A program made the translations under genes and the position numbers. A DNA stretch of 64,000 nt from Gammaproteobacteria bacterium (lineage in GTDB: Bacteria > Pseudomonadota > Gammaproteobacteria > CAJXQU01): contig CBDEGZ010000003.1 in assembly GCA_965238175.1 (NCBI GenBank), forward strand, positions 800,001 through 864,000. The letters run 5' to 3'. This document shows, piece by piece, positions 50,864 to 61,083 of the stretch (position 1 is its first letter; every line of letters starts with the position of its first letter). The notes beneath the pieces are model-generated. The model did not search any database and was not told the origin of the DNA. It was given only the letters and a program-made list of their open reading frames with translations.

Positions 50864-53269
50864 GTACGGTAGTTTTAATTCAGGGTCGAGTGTTAAAAGT
50901 TGTTCTCTAAAGAGTTCTTGAATTCGGGTCAACGCGGTTTCATTGTCAGCTTCAAAACGCATGACTAGGCAAGGCGTAGTATTAGAAGGTCGAATCAAGC
51001 CCCAACCGTCAGGAAAATCAACACGTATTCCATCTATTGTTCCAATATTGCCATCACCAAAATCTGCAATTTCGCTTAGACTCGCCATGAACCCAGCATG
51101 TTGATCTTCATGCATGTTTACTTTCAATTCGGGTGTAGAAACACCACCTGGCAAACGACCTAAAACTTCATGTGGTTCTTGATCTGCTTTAGTCAGAATT
51201 TCCAACAGTCGGGCAGCGGTGTATAGACCATCATCAAAGCCATACCAACGCTCTTTGAAGAACACATGACCGCTCATTTCCCCAGCCAAAAGTGCACCAG
51301 TTTCCTTCATTTTTGCTTTGATCAAAGAATGCCCGGTTTTCCACATAGTCGCTTTGCCACCGGCTTCTTCGATCACTCGTTTTAGGTGATTACTACACTT
51401 AACATCGAAAATGATCTCACCGCCTGGATTTCGTTCGATCACGTCGCGCGCGAACAACATCATTTGACGGTCTGGCCAGATGATGTTTCCTTCGCGATCT
51501 ACGACACCGAGTCGGTCACCGTCACCATCAAAAGCGAAACCAAGATCGGCATTTTGAGTTTTTACTGTATTGATCAGATCTTCTAGATTTTCTGGTTGGC
51601 TAGGATCAGGATGGTGATTGGGGAAGTTGCCATCAATCTCGCAGAATAGTTCGATCACATCGTGTCCCAATGCGCGGATCAGTTGTGGTGCAAGCTGACC
51701 GGCAACGCCATTACCAGCATCAATCACGACTTTGAACGAATGACTTAACGCAACAGGAATGTCCTCTGTGATACGGCGAATATATTCTGATCCTATTTCA
51801 GTAGATTGAGCTTGGCCTTCACCCGTCGTGAAATCAGAATTCAGTATTCGTTGTCGTAACGATTGTATTGCCTCATCGGCAAGAGTGGTGCCAGCCAGAA
51901 CCATTTTGATACCATTATAATCAGGTGGATTATGGCTGCCGGTGATCATAATACCGCTGCTGGTATCAAAGTAATTCGCAGCAAAATAGAGCACAGGTGT
52001 TGGAACCATACCGATATCGATCGTCTCACGACCGCTGTCGGTTAGGCCTTTAATCAAAGCTTCAGATAATGTTGGACTTGATAGTCGGCCATCTCGACCG
52101 ACAGCGACAGTATTATCACCGCGTGCGATGGCTTCACTACCCAATGCTCGACCGATGTTATAGACGATCTGCTCGGTCAGGGTTTTACCAACGACTCCAC
52201 GAATGTCGTAAGCTCTGAAGATAGAAGCTGGCGCATGTGTAGCTTCATCTAATAGATCAACATCAGTTTGTTCAATTTCTTCTATCGATTCTTCATCTAC
52301 CCCATCAACTTCTTCCACTTCTACCTTTTTACTACTTGTTGTAACTTTGTTGTCAATAAATTCATTTTCTTTTTTGGGAGCTGGCTGTTTTTCAGGAACA
52401 ATTGTCGAAGTTTTTGGGTGGTTAGCAAGGCTTTCTGCAAGTTTTTCCGCATTTTGTCTTTTTCGACGCCAAAATAGTAAGGCCCCGACCAAGGCTGATA
52501 AACTAATCAAGCCTATAGCTATAGCGCCCTTATCTATCGAGGGATAGGGACGAACATTTATTGTCCATCTGGTTCCTGTAATGGGTATATTTGTGTTTTG
52601 GTCTGTCTTAGCAAGGTTTTTGTCACCGACAGTGACTAACGGTAGTACGGAATCATCAGAGTTTGTGCCTTGTCGAAGTTGTATTAAAGCTTCGTTTTCA
52701 TTGAAAGCCTTTTTGAATAGTGTACGAACAGGCTCAGCGTTAAGGCTTAGATGTAATCCGCCAATCGCTTTTCCTTCATTATTATTTACACGTTGTACAA
52801 GAACAATGTGTTCGGATTCTTTGTTTGGGAACAACCATTCAATAGGAACAGATGAAGTCGAATCCATTGCTTTGTGGATCATTTTAATAGAGGCAAAAGT
52901 CAGAGGTGGTTTTTCCTTGTCGGTTTTACTCACATCAGGCAGCAGCAACCGTAATTTTAAGCCATGTTCAAAACGCTGGGTCAATTTTTTAGCTATATTT
53001 CTGCCTTTATTTTCATCATAGTTTTGGAAGAAGGATATTATTGTTGGATCCTGGCTTAATTTGTCCAGTTTATGGATATTGTTAGTAAAAAAAGACTGGA
53101 TTTGATTAGAAACATCTGTTGCGTATTCTATTATCTCTTGATTATTTGCAGTCAGTTGTTGGTCTTTACTTGCAAGGCAATCGGGAATATACAAGACCAC
53201 TAGAAGTAACAGTAATAAAACGGCGCCGATGTTTAAACGGGATTTGTGTTCTTCAAAAAATAAAGACAT
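50861..53269 (-). CDS. algC: Phosphomannomutase/phosphoglucomutase with N-terminal membrane-anchored extension
   Basis: IFRAYDIRG, TGSHNP, DGDGDR, GEMSGH, R.SNT in the C-terminal ~460 aa; N-terminal ~340 aa has two hydrophobic segments; dut-algC-argB order. Confidence 0.92.
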   Translation of the reverse strand: MSLFFEEHKSRLNIGAVLLLLLLVVLYIPDCLASKDQQLTANNQEIIEYATDVSNQIQSFFTNNIHKLDKLSQDPTIISFFQNYDENKGRNIAKKLTQRFEHGLKLRLLLPDVSKTDKEKPPLTFASIKMIHKAMDSTSSVPIEWLFPNKESEHIVLVQRVNNNEGKAIGGLHLSLNAEPVRTLFKKAFNENEALIQLRQGTNSDDSVLPLVTVGDKNLAKTDQNTNIPITGTRWTINVRPYPSIDKGAIAIGLISLSALVGALLFWRRKRQNAEKLAESLANHPKTSTIVPEKQPAPKKENEFIDNKVTTSSKKVEVEEVDGVDEESIEEIEQTDVDLLDEATHAPASIFRAYDIRGVVGKTLTEQIVYNIGRALGSEAIARGDNTVAVGRDGRLSSPTLSEALIKGLTDSGRETIDIGMVPTPVLYFAANYFDTSSGIMITGSHNPPDYNGIKMVLAGTTLADEAIQSLRQRILNSDFTTGEGQAQSTEIGSEYIRRITEDIPVALSHSFKVVIDAGNGVAGQLAPQLIRALGHDVIELFCEIDGNFPNHHPDPSQPENLEDLINTVKTQNADLGFAFDGDGDRLGVVDREGNIIWPDRQMMLFARDVIERNPGGEIIFDVKCSNHLKRVIEEAGGKATMWKTGHSLIKAKMKETGALLAGEMSGHVFFKERWYGFDDGLYTAARLLEILTKADQEPHEVLGRLPGGVSTPELKVNMHEDQHAGFMASLSEIADFGDGNIGTIDGIRVDFPDGWGLIRPSNTTPCLVMRFEADNETALTRIQELFREQLLTLDPELKLPY

Positions 53270-53296
53270 TTTTTACTTTGTACTCATAAAGTTAGG

Positions 53297-53752
53297 TTAG
53301 TTTTTTCCGGTATGTCCGAAGCCTTCTTCGCCCCGGTCGCTTTCATCAAAGTTATCGACGATGTTTAGTTTTACTTGAACTACAGGTATGAACATTAGCT
53401 GGGCGATCCGCTCACCGGGTTCTATCTTAAATTCAGTGCTGCTACGATTCCAGCATGAGACAAAAAGTTGCCCCTGATAGTCAGAATCGATCAAGCCTAC
53501 CAGATTGCCCAAAACTATCCCGTGTTTATGGCCAAGTCCTGATCTCGGCAGGATTACAGCAGCGAGTGATTTATCACTAATATGGATTGCCATTCCAGTA
53601 GGAATCAACTCGGTTTCTCCAGGTTTAAGCAGCAATTTTTCATTAAGACAAGCACGTAGATCCATTCCTGCCGAGCCACTGGTTGCATAATCAGCTAACG
53701 GAAATTCATTTCCAATCCGCGGATCGAGAATTTTCAGTTCGATATTTTTCAT
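53297..53752 (-). CDS. dut: dUTP diphosphatase
   Basis: [32 protein letters not shown]. Confidence 0.97.
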   Translation of the reverse strand: MKNIELKILDPRIGNEFPLADYATSGSAGMDLRACLNEKLLLKPGETELIPTGMAIHISDKSLAAVILPRSGLGHKHGIVLGNLVGLIDSDYQGQLFVSCWNRSSTEFKIEPGERIAQLMFIPVVQVKLNIVDNFDESDRGEEGFGHTGKN

Positions 53753-53765
53753 GTTTTTATAGTCT

Positions 53766-54971
53766 TTAAGTTTGTTTTTGATCGAATTGGTGCGCGATTA
53801 GTTTGATCAATTCACGAGCCAGTTTTTGTTTGGATTTTCGCTCTAACTTTTGATCGCCGCCTTGCCAGAAAACATGGAGAGCATTTTCATCGCTGTGAAA
53901 ACCTAGTTCGGGGTCGTCGACTCGATTTGCAGCGATCATATCCAATGATTTTTTGGTTAATTTAGCTTTTGCATGTTTTGCCAGATTTTCGGTTTCAGCG
54001 GCAAAACCTACTGTGAAAGGAGATTCTGGCAAATTTGCAACATTAGCTAAAATGTCTTTGGTTTTTGTAAATGTCAGGTTCATTTCATTAGCGGACTTTT
54101 TGATCTTCTGTTCTGCGGGCTCAGAATAAGTGTAATCTGCTACCGCAGCTGCACTGATAAAGATCTGACAAGCAACGATATTTTCGATAACGGCTTTGTT
54201 CATATCTGCTGCGGAGGTAACGTCAATTCGCTTAACTGCATCCGGTTTCTGTATATTTACCGGACCGCTGATCAGTGTCACATTTGCACCCGCTTCCATA
54301 GCGGCTTCTGCGATGGCGTAACCCATTTTCCCTGAACTGTGGTTGGTGATGTAACGTACGGGATCCAAAGCTTCTTGGGTAGGACCAGCCGTAATTAATA
54401 TTTTTACCCCCTGTAACTCACCCGATTGAAATAGCTCAGAAACACCTGCAATGATATCTGCCGGTTCCAGCATGCGTCCCGGGCCAACATCACCACAAGC
54501 TTGACCACCTTCACAGGGTCCTAGTTGTACGACACCACGTTTTTGGAGTTGTTTACAATTTGCTTGTGTCGCCTCCGCTTGCCACATTTGTTGATTCATT
54601 GCTGGAACGATAATGATCGGAGAAGCACTAGCCAAACAAATCGTCGTTAATAAATTGTCAGCCATGCCGTTCGTAAACCGGGCAATAAAGTTGGCCGTTG
54701 CGGGTGCGATCAAAATAACATCTGCCCAACGAGCAAGTTCTATATGTCCCATACCCGCTTCGGCTTCGGTATCAAGAAGATCAGTATGGACAGGATTGCC
54801 GGAAACAGCCTGGAATGTCAGTGGCGTAATAAAACCACGTGCACCGTCAGTCATAACTACGCGTACATCGGCACCATGATCACGAAGCCGCCTAACCAGA
54901 TCGGCGCTTTTATATGCAGCAATGCCACCGGTCACGCCGAGTAGGACACGTTTGTTTTGCAAAGTTGACAT
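53766..54971 (-). CDS. coaBC: Phosphopantothenoylcysteine decarboxylase/synthase
   Basis: [53 protein letters not shown]. Confidence 0.97.
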   Translation of the reverse strand: MSTLQNKRVLLGVTGGIAAYKSADLVRRLRDHGADVRVVMTDGARGFITPLTFQAVSGNPVHTDLLDTEAEAGMGHIELARWADVILIAPATANFIARFTNGMADNLLTTICLASASPIIIVPAMNQQMWQAEATQANCKQLQKRGVVQLGPCEGGQACGDVGPGRMLEPADIIAGVSELFQSGELQGVKILITAGPTQEALDPVRYITNHSSGKMGYAIAEAAMEAGANVTLISGPVNIQKPDAVKRIDVTSAADMNKAVIENIVACQIFISAAAVADYTYSEPAEQKIKKSANEMNLTFTKTKDILANVANLPESPFTVGFAAETENLAKHAKAKLTKKSLDMIAANRVDDPELGFHSDENALHVFWQGGDQKLERKSKQKLARELIKLIAHQFDQKQT

Positions 54972-55010
54972 CTGGATAGTTTACCGCATCAATAATAAGA
55001 TTATTATATC

Positions 55011-55047
55011 AGGGGCTGTTAATCTCTCATGGGCATTAACAGCCCCT
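55011..55047. repeat. Collapsed 37-bp copy of the MITE termini
   Basis: AGGGGCTGTTAAT-CTCTCATGGGC-ATTAACAGCCCCT; resembles the end of the 50571-50863 element. Confidence 0.6.
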
Positions 55048-55099
55048 AAACACAATGATGGATTAGCGTTAAGCAAAATAACACGGAGGTTACGTTTTC

Positions 55100-55774
55100 A
55101 TGGGTATCAATCACTGGCCGGTTTCTGAACGGCCTCGAGAAAAGTTACTAAGTATGGGTTCCACCGTACTTTCAGATGCAGAATTGCTAGCAATATTTCT
55201 CCGTACCGGTGTTACTGGAAAATCTGCTATTGATTTGGCGCGTGATTTATTAATCGAATTCGGTAGTTTGCGTGCTTTGCTTGAAGCGGATCAAAAAACG
55301 TTCTGTCGTGCTAAAGGATTGGGTGATGCTAAATATAGCCAACTGCAGGCAACATTAGAGCTGTGTCGTCGATATTTAAGATCTTCATTAGACCGGGCTG
55401 AGGCACTTAGCAGCCCAGTTGAAACACGCGCATTTCTTACCGCACAATTACGTCAACATCCTTACGAAGTGTTTGCGGGTCTGTTTTTGGACAGTAAACA
55501 TCGAGTGATCGCCTACGAGGAATTGTTTCGCGGTACGATTGACGGTGCCAGTGTACATCCTCGAGAAGTGGTGAAACGCACCTTATATCATAATGCAGCA
55601 GCGTTGATCTTTGCGCATAATCACCCCTCCGGGAATACTGAACCAAGTCGTGCAGATCAGCAAATAACACAGCACTTGAAAGAGGCTTTGCAGTTGGTTG
55701 ATGTACGGGTACTGGACCATTTTGTTGTTGGAGATGGAGAGGCAGTCTCGCTGGCCGAAAGAGGGATGCTATAA
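55100..55774 (+). CDS. radC: RadC/JAB-domain protein
   Basis: [38 protein letters not shown]; between coaBC and rpmB. Confidence 0.95.
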   Translation: MGINHWPVSERPREKLLSMGSTVLSDAELLAIFLRTGVTGKSAIDLARDLLIEFGSLRALLEADQKTFCRAKGLGDAKYSQLQATLELCRRYLRSSLDRAEALSSPVETRAFLTAQLRQHPYEVFAGLFLDSKHRVIAYEELFRGTIDGASVHPREVVKRTLYHNAAALIFAHNHPSGNTEPSRADQQITQHLKEALQLVDVRVLDHFVVGDGEAVSLAERGML

Positions 55775-55847
55775 TTCGGTTGGATCTGAAGAAAAATCCG
55801 TGTAAGATCGCGTCCCTTTCAGTTTTAAGATTTACGGAGACTCCGAA

Positions 55848-56084
55848 ATGTCGCGAGTATGTCAAGCAACAGGCGTTGGGCCAATGTCAGGCAACAACGT
55901 ATCGCACGCGCACAATAAAACGCGACGCCGTTTTTTGCCTAATTTACACAATCACCGTTTTTGGGTGGAAAGTGAAAAACGCTGGGTTAAACTCAAAGTT
56001 AGCAATAAGGGCTTACGACTCATTGATAAAGTGGGTATTGACAAGGTGTTAACTGATGCTCGTGCACGTGGCGAGAAAGTTTAA
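55848..56084 (+). CDS. rpmB: 50S ribosomal protein L28
   Basis: MSRVCQ.TG...[19 protein letters not shown]. Confidence 0.97.
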   Translation: MSRVCQATGVGPMSGNNVSHAHNKTRRRFLPNLHNHRFWVESEKRWVKLKVSNKGLRLIDKVGIDKVLTDARARGEKV

Positions 56085-56165
56085 GTTATTTAATAACGTT
56101 TATTTAACCGCACTTAGTCTTAAACTCATAAATAAAGCCAAGATAATTAAGGAAGAAACATTACC

Positions 56166-56321
56166 ATGCAAGAAAAACTAAAACTCGTATCAAGTGCAGG
56201 CACTGGTCACTATTACACGACGACTAAAAACAAACGTAATGTTCCTGATAAAATGGAACTTAAAAAATATGATCCAGTAGTACGCAAGCACGTGATGTAT
56301 AAAGAATCTAAAATCAAATAA
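56166..56321 (+). CDS. rpmG: 50S ribosomal protein L33 (below ORF-track cutoff)
   Basis: Hand translation [51 protein letters not shown]. Confidence 0.96.
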   Translation: MQEKLKLVSSAGTGHYYTTTKNKRNVPDKMELKKYDPVVRKHVMYKESKIK

Positions 56322-56350
56322 GCTAGCTGCTTTACTACAAAAATTTAAAG

Positions 56351-56374
56351 AACCGCCTTTATGGCGGTTTTTTT
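56351..56374 (+). terminator. Intrinsic terminator after rpmG
   Basis: AACCGCC-TTTAT-GGCGGTT followed by a T run. Confidence 0.85.
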
Positions 56375-56484
56375 ATGCCCCAATATTTCCTGAATATCTG
56401 CAAAATAGACTTAAACTTACATTTTTAGTCAACTCTTTAGTCATTATCTTTGCAAGTTCACAGATAGTTCCGAATAATACACAC

Positions 56485-57240
56485 ATGGGAGAGGAAAATA
56501 CTATTGAGGCTACAGATCTCACACGATCATTTGGTGCACGTACTGCTGTTGATAACATTAGTTTCTGTGTAAAACGAGGCGAAGTTCTTGGCTTGTTAGG
56601 TGTGAACGGCGCTGGCAAATCGACCACAATGGATATGCTTGCGGGTATCCAGTTGCCAGACAAGGGTGACGTTTTGATCAATAATTTTTCACTTGCTGAT
56701 CAAGCGATGAAAGCCAGAGCTTGTCTGGGATATTTGCCAGAACAACCACCTGTCTATCCAGAAATGACGGTAGATAAATATCTGATCTATTGTGCAAAAC
56801 TACGTCGTGTTGCCAAACAAGAAATATTGTCAGCAGTTGATCAAGCAAAAACTCGCTGTGGTTTAGAGTCCTCTGGCAAAAGGATGATCAAACATCTCTC
56901 AAAAGGCTATCAACAACGCATTGGAATTGCACAAGCGATTGTGCATGCACCTGATGTTGTTATTCTTGATGAGCCGACAGTGGGACTTGATCCTGTCCAG
57001 ATTGTTGAAATTAGAAAATTGATCCGTGAACTTGGAAATGATCATAGTGTGATTTTATCTACGCACATTTTGCCTGAAGTTCTGACCGTTTGTGATCGTG
57101 TAATCATTTTGCGACAAGGCAAGGTTGTTCACGAAGCACCGATCTCTATTTTTAATCAAAAAGAATCTCCAGATAATGAAACTTTAGAACAGGTCTTTAT
57201 TAGACTCACCTGTGGTGACGAAGAGGTTGTTGCTGGATGA
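56485..57240 (+). CDS. ABC transporter ATP-binding protein (GldA-like)
   Basis: GVNGAGKST, GYLPE.PP.Y, LSKGYQQRIG, LDEPTVGLDP, STHIL.EV. Confidence 0.92.
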   Translation: MGEENTIEATDLTRSFGARTAVDNISFCVKRGEVLGLLGVNGAGKSTTMDMLAGIQLPDKGDVLINNFSLADQAMKARACLGYLPEQPPVYPEMTVDKYLIYCAKLRRVAKQEILSAVDQAKTRCGLESSGKRMIKHLSKGYQQRIGIAQAIVHAPDVVILDEPTVGLDPVQIVEIRKLIRELGNDHSVILSTHILPEVLTVCDRVIILRQGKVVHEAPISIFNQKESPDNETLEQVFIRLTCGDEEVVAG

Positions 57241-57974
57241 TCAAAACGATTGCTGCGCGAGAATTCAAAAGTTTATTCATGTCACCATTAGCATGGATCG
57301 TACTGGCGATTCTGCAATTCTTATTTGCCTATTTGTTCTTTAGTCGAATTGAATTATTTATGCAATATTTACCACGTCTACGAAATCTGGATGCTGCTCC
57401 AGGAATGACCGATATCATTGCTGCTGGGCTATTCTCATTTGCCGCGTTAGTTTTTTTGATCGTCATACCAATCTTTAGTTCACGAAGTTTTGCCGAGGAG
57501 CGTAGTTCTGGAACGCTAAAATTGATCTTATCTTCGCCGGTTTCTTTGTTAGAAATTGTACTGGGAAAATTCTTCGGACTTTTTAGTTTTTTTCTGATCA
57601 TTATTTCATTAATAGCCATAATGTCTTTTTCCCTATTCCTTGGAGGCCCAGCAGACATTGGGCAAATACTTGTCGGTTTGTTTGGCCTGATTTTACTGAC
57701 GATGACTTGTCTTTCAGTTGGCCTCTTTATGTCCGCACTAACATCACAGTCAACTGTCGCCGCGGTAAGTACTTTCGCATTTTTATTTTTCCTGTGGATT
57801 ATAAAGTGGGATGAGAAAAATGGTGGTATTTATACAACGTATCTATCTTTACAAGAGCATTTTAATTCGATGATGTCTGGTTTTCTCGCCAGTGTTGATG
57901 TGATTTATTTTGTTTTATTAACAGTGTTTTTCCTTGGTCTGACTTTCGTAAGATTAGATATGGAACGTAGTTAA
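57237..57974 (+). CDS. ABC-2 type permease (GldF-like)
   Basis: RE..SLF.SPLAW, FAEER.SGTL.L..SSPV, LGKF; six TM segments. Confidence 0.88.
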   Translation: MIKTIAAREFKSLFMSPLAWIVLAILQFLFAYLFFSRIELFMQYLPRLRNLDAAPGMTDIIAAGLFSFAALVFLIVIPIFSSRSFAEERSSGTLKLILSSPVSLLEIVLGKFFGLFSFFLIIISLIAIMSFSLFLGGPADIGQILVGLFGLILLTMTCLSVGLFMSALTSQSTVAAVSTFAFLFFLWIIKWDEKNGGIYTTYLSLQEHFNSMMSGFLASVDVIYFVLLTVFFLGLTFVRLDMERS

Positions 57975-59305
57975 TGAAAATAGATCGAAAAATCAATTCT
58001 CTCATCTTTCCAATCTTATTATTTGTTTGTATCTCATTGTTAGCCTGGATCAGTACACGAAATATTTTGGTCAAAGATTTTACCAGTAATAATAGATTGT
58101 CCCTGACCCAAGCAAGTATTTCTGTTTTAGAGAAAATGTCAGATCCGGTCGAGATTGATGTCTTTGTAAATCGATCGGATCAGCTTGGAAAGCAAGTTGA
58201 TCAATTAATGTCTCGCTATCAAAATATCAAAGAAGATATAAAGATTAATTATATTAGTCCAGAAGAAAACCCTGACAGGGTACGCGAAAATAATATCCGC
58301 TTCCCAGCAGAGATGCTTATTAAATATCAGGGTAAAACAGAACATTTAGCAAGACCTTCTGAACAATCGATCACAAATACGTTGGCAAAATTAATGCGAG
58401 GAAAAGATCGCTGGATCGTTTTCTTAACTGGGCACGGTGAACGTGATCCAATGGGTAACGCAAACTTTGATTTGAGTAATTTCAGAACTCAATTGGAAAA
58501 GCGTGGATTAAAATTTCAGTCTTTGAATCTTACCGAAACGAATGTTATTCCGGATAATACCGCTATTCTAATTCTGGCTGATCCAAAGGTGGATTTATTG
58601 TCGGAAGAATTTAGTCTTATAGAAAAATATATTCGCAAAGGCAATAATTTTCTGTGGATGACAGAACCTGGTCAAAGGCAAAAGAATACGCAATTGAAAG
58701 AACTGTTTGGTTTTAGTCATTTACCTGGCATTATTGTTGATGCGGTTGGACAAACTTTAAATATCACACAACCTGATTTGATCCCGATTATTAAATATTC
58801 AGATCATGAAATTACAGAAAAATTTAAATTGACCACTCTTTTTCCACAAGCGCTAGCTTTGGAGATAAATGAAACGAGTCAGTGGGACAGTTTTCCAATT
58901 ATTTTTTCCAGTGAAAATTCCTGGAATGAAACATCAAACATTGCAGATCAAATTGATTACAATGAAGGCTTGGAAAAAAAAGGACCATTAACGATTTTGA
59001 TGGCACTGACCTCCCAGAAAAATGATAGTAGAAAAGTTCAGCGAATTTTGATTTCTGGGGATAGTGATTTTATCTCTAACAGCTATCTAGCAAATGGAGG
59101 AAACCTCGATCTAGGTATGCGGATGATCAATTGGTTAACGGGTGATGATGAGTTGATTACCATTCCTGCGCGTCCTGCGACTGATCTCGATTTTGAACTA
59201 TCAAAAGCAATGTCATCGATCATAGGACTTGGTTTTCTAATTATTCTGCCCTTGTTGTTTGCCACTACAGGTTTAATAACTTGGTGGTGTAGAAGGTCAT
59301 TATAA
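57974..59305 (+). CDS. GldG-family ABC auxiliary component
   Basis: D.T.N..SL...S, FLTGHGE, GDSDF.SN, N.DL...INWL; N- and C-terminal TM. Confidence 0.85.
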   Translation: MKIDRKINSLIFPILLFVCISLLAWISTRNILVKDFTSNNRLSLTQASISVLEKMSDPVEIDVFVNRSDQLGKQVDQLMSRYQNIKEDIKINYISPEENPDRVRENNIRFPAEMLIKYQGKTEHLARPSEQSITNTLAKLMRGKDRWIVFLTGHGERDPMGNANFDLSNFRTQLEKRGLKFQSLNLTETNVIPDNTAILILADPKVDLLSEEFSLIEKYIRKGNNFLWMTEPGQRQKNTQLKELFGFSHLPGIIVDAVGQTLNITQPDLIPIIKYSDHEITEKFKLTTLFPQALALEINETSQWDSFPIIFSSENSWNETSNIADQIDYNEGLEKKGPLTILMALTSQKNDSRKVQRILISGDSDFISNSYLANGGNLDLGMRMINWLTGDDELITIPARPATDLDFELSKAMSSIIGLGFLIILPLLFATTGLITWWCRRSL

Positions 59306-59797
59306 ATGTCAAAAAGAACCATTGTAAATCTTTGCCTTATCGGCTTAGTCATTTTTTTAACGATGTATATCAACAAAAATCCGGTTCGAGTCGTTAATGT
59401 GATAGACATTAGTACGCTTACCCCAGAAGAGGTTGATACGATAGTTATTCAAAGACAAGATGAATCGCAAATTATTTTAGAAAAAACAGATCAAAATTGG
59501 TTGGTGAGTTCTCCACTAGAAGGCAAGGCAGATCGAGATAAATTATCATTGTTGCTACGTTTATTAAGTTTGAAAAGTCAGCATCAACATAAGATTACCG
59601 AACAAAAACAACTCAATCGTTATGAACTGCTAAATCCAAAAGTGTCACTTTTTTTGAATGATCAGCAATTTGATTTTGGAAACACAAATGATTTTAATCA
59701 ACTGCGATATGTACTCCATGATGGCACTGTGCACTCTGTAAAAGACATTACACACCATTTACTTATTTCTGATGTGGATACATTTCTAAGTGAATAA
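59306..59797 (+). CDS. DUF4340-like membrane-anchored protein
   Basis: N-terminal TM, W....P....AD, Y.L..P, FG..N....RY; follows GldG-like gene. Confidence 0.7.
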   Translation: MSKRTIVNLCLIGLVIFLTMYINKNPVRVVNVIDISTLTPEEVDTIVIQRQDESQIILEKTDQNWLVSSPLEGKADRDKLSLLLRLLSLKSQHQHKITEQKQLNRYELLNPKVSLFLNDQQFDFGNTNDFNQLRYVLHDGTVHSVKDITHHLLISDVDTFLSE

Positions 59798-59800
59798 ATA

Positions 59801-60616
59801 ATGCCAGAATTACCTGAAGTCGAAACGACGCGACGCGGAATTGAACCGCATATTCAAGATCAATTAATTATCGAAATTATTGTCCGTGATAGCCGCCTAC
59901 GATGGCCAGTCCCTGAGAGTTTAAAGAAAGAAGCGGTTAATCAAAAAATACTTTCTGTTAAACGCCGTGGAAAATATATTTTGATCAAAACCAAATCAGG
60001 AACGATTATTTTACATCTTGGAATGTCTGGAAATTTACGCATTCTTGAGGCTAATAGCGAAGTTAAAAAGCATGATCATATCGACCTAATTTTGAGTAAT
60101 GGCAAATGTTTACGCTTTCATGATCCAAGACGTTTTGGCGCATGCTTGTGGACAAATGATGATCCGCTCGATCATAAATTAATAAAAAATTTAGGCCCTG
60201 AGCCTTGGGATCCTGAGTTTAATGCTGAACGTTTATTTAAACGATCCCGAAATCGAAAAGTTATGATCAAAAATTTTATTATGGATAGTAAAGTTGTTGT
60301 CGGTGTTGGTAATATCTATGCGAGTGAAGCACTTTTTCAAAGTGGTATAAAACCTAACATTGCCGCAGGTAAAGTTTCAAAAAAACGTTATGAGAAGTTG
60401 ATCGAAGTAGTGCAAATTATTCTTAAAAAGTCGATTGAACAAGGTGGAACAACATTAAAAGATTTTCTCGATAGCTCAGGTCAACCGGGATATTTTCAAC
60501 AAGAACTACTCGTCTATGGACGTTTTGCTGAGCCTTGTTCAACATGTCAAAGCCCCATTGCGAAAAAAACTATTGGTCAACGATCAAGTTTTTTTTGTCC
60601 GAAGTGTCAAACATGA
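59801..60616 (+). CDS. mutM: Formamidopyrimidine-DNA glycosylase
   Basis: MPELPEVET, HLGMSG, DPRRFG, GVGNIYASEALF, C-terminal CxxC..CxxC zinc finger. Confidence 0.98.
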   Translation: MPELPEVETTRRGIEPHIQDQLIIEIIVRDSRLRWPVPESLKKEAVNQKILSVKRRGKYILIKTKSGTIILHLGMSGNLRILEANSEVKKHDHIDLILSNGKCLRFHDPRRFGACLWTNDDPLDHKLIKNLGPEPWDPEFNAERLFKRSRNRKVMIKNFIMDSKVVVGVGNIYASEALFQSGIKPNIAAGKVSKKRYEKLIEVVQIILKKSIEQGGTTLKDFLDSSGQPGYFQQELLVYGRFAEPCSTCQSPIAKKTIGQRSSFFCPKCQT

Positions 60617-60847
60617 TCAGTATTTTATAATCGGGTGAGATGCCATTAATACCTTGAGTATTATGAGAGATAGGTGGCACGGGTATATGGATGAAAGTGG
60701 GTTTGCCTTGATATACCAAGGAACGATGGCTATTCGATCTCGGGAACCCGATGTTTCGATAAGCAAAAGGACGCCTTAATGCTATTGGGGCAATACGGGG
60801 TATAGATATTCATGGTTGTACTTTAGAATATCCTCTTAATCGTGTCT

Positions 60848-61078
60848 CTAATGAAAAAAACGGTTTTTTTTAAGATTTCATTGTCCTGTTTCGCACGCCA
60901 AAGTTGTTTTTCTAATGCTTGGATCTTTTGTTGTTCTGCTGTATGTGTTTTTTGTCTTGGGATGTTTGTTCCTTTATTTCAGTAAGGTATTGTCTTTTCC
61001 ACTGAGATACGGCGGTTGGAGCCTGCGCCAGATATTTCCCTGTTTTGCCGACGGATATAGCTCTCGCTATTAGACCAT
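60848..61078 (-). pseudogene. Decayed IS3-family transposase orfA fragment
   Basis: Minus strand across two frameshifts reads EISGAG / PTAVSQWKRQYLTEIKEQT / TAEQQKIQALEKQLWRAKQDNEILKKTVFF, the IS3 OrfA HTH-leucine zipper tail. Confidence 0.7.
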
Positions 61079-61083
61079 TACAG

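Noticed and set aside
60617-60847. Possible small ORF or IS3 orfB remnant on the minus strand
   Set aside because: Only a 27-codon ORF and a start-less open frame; no DDE or other recognisable motif
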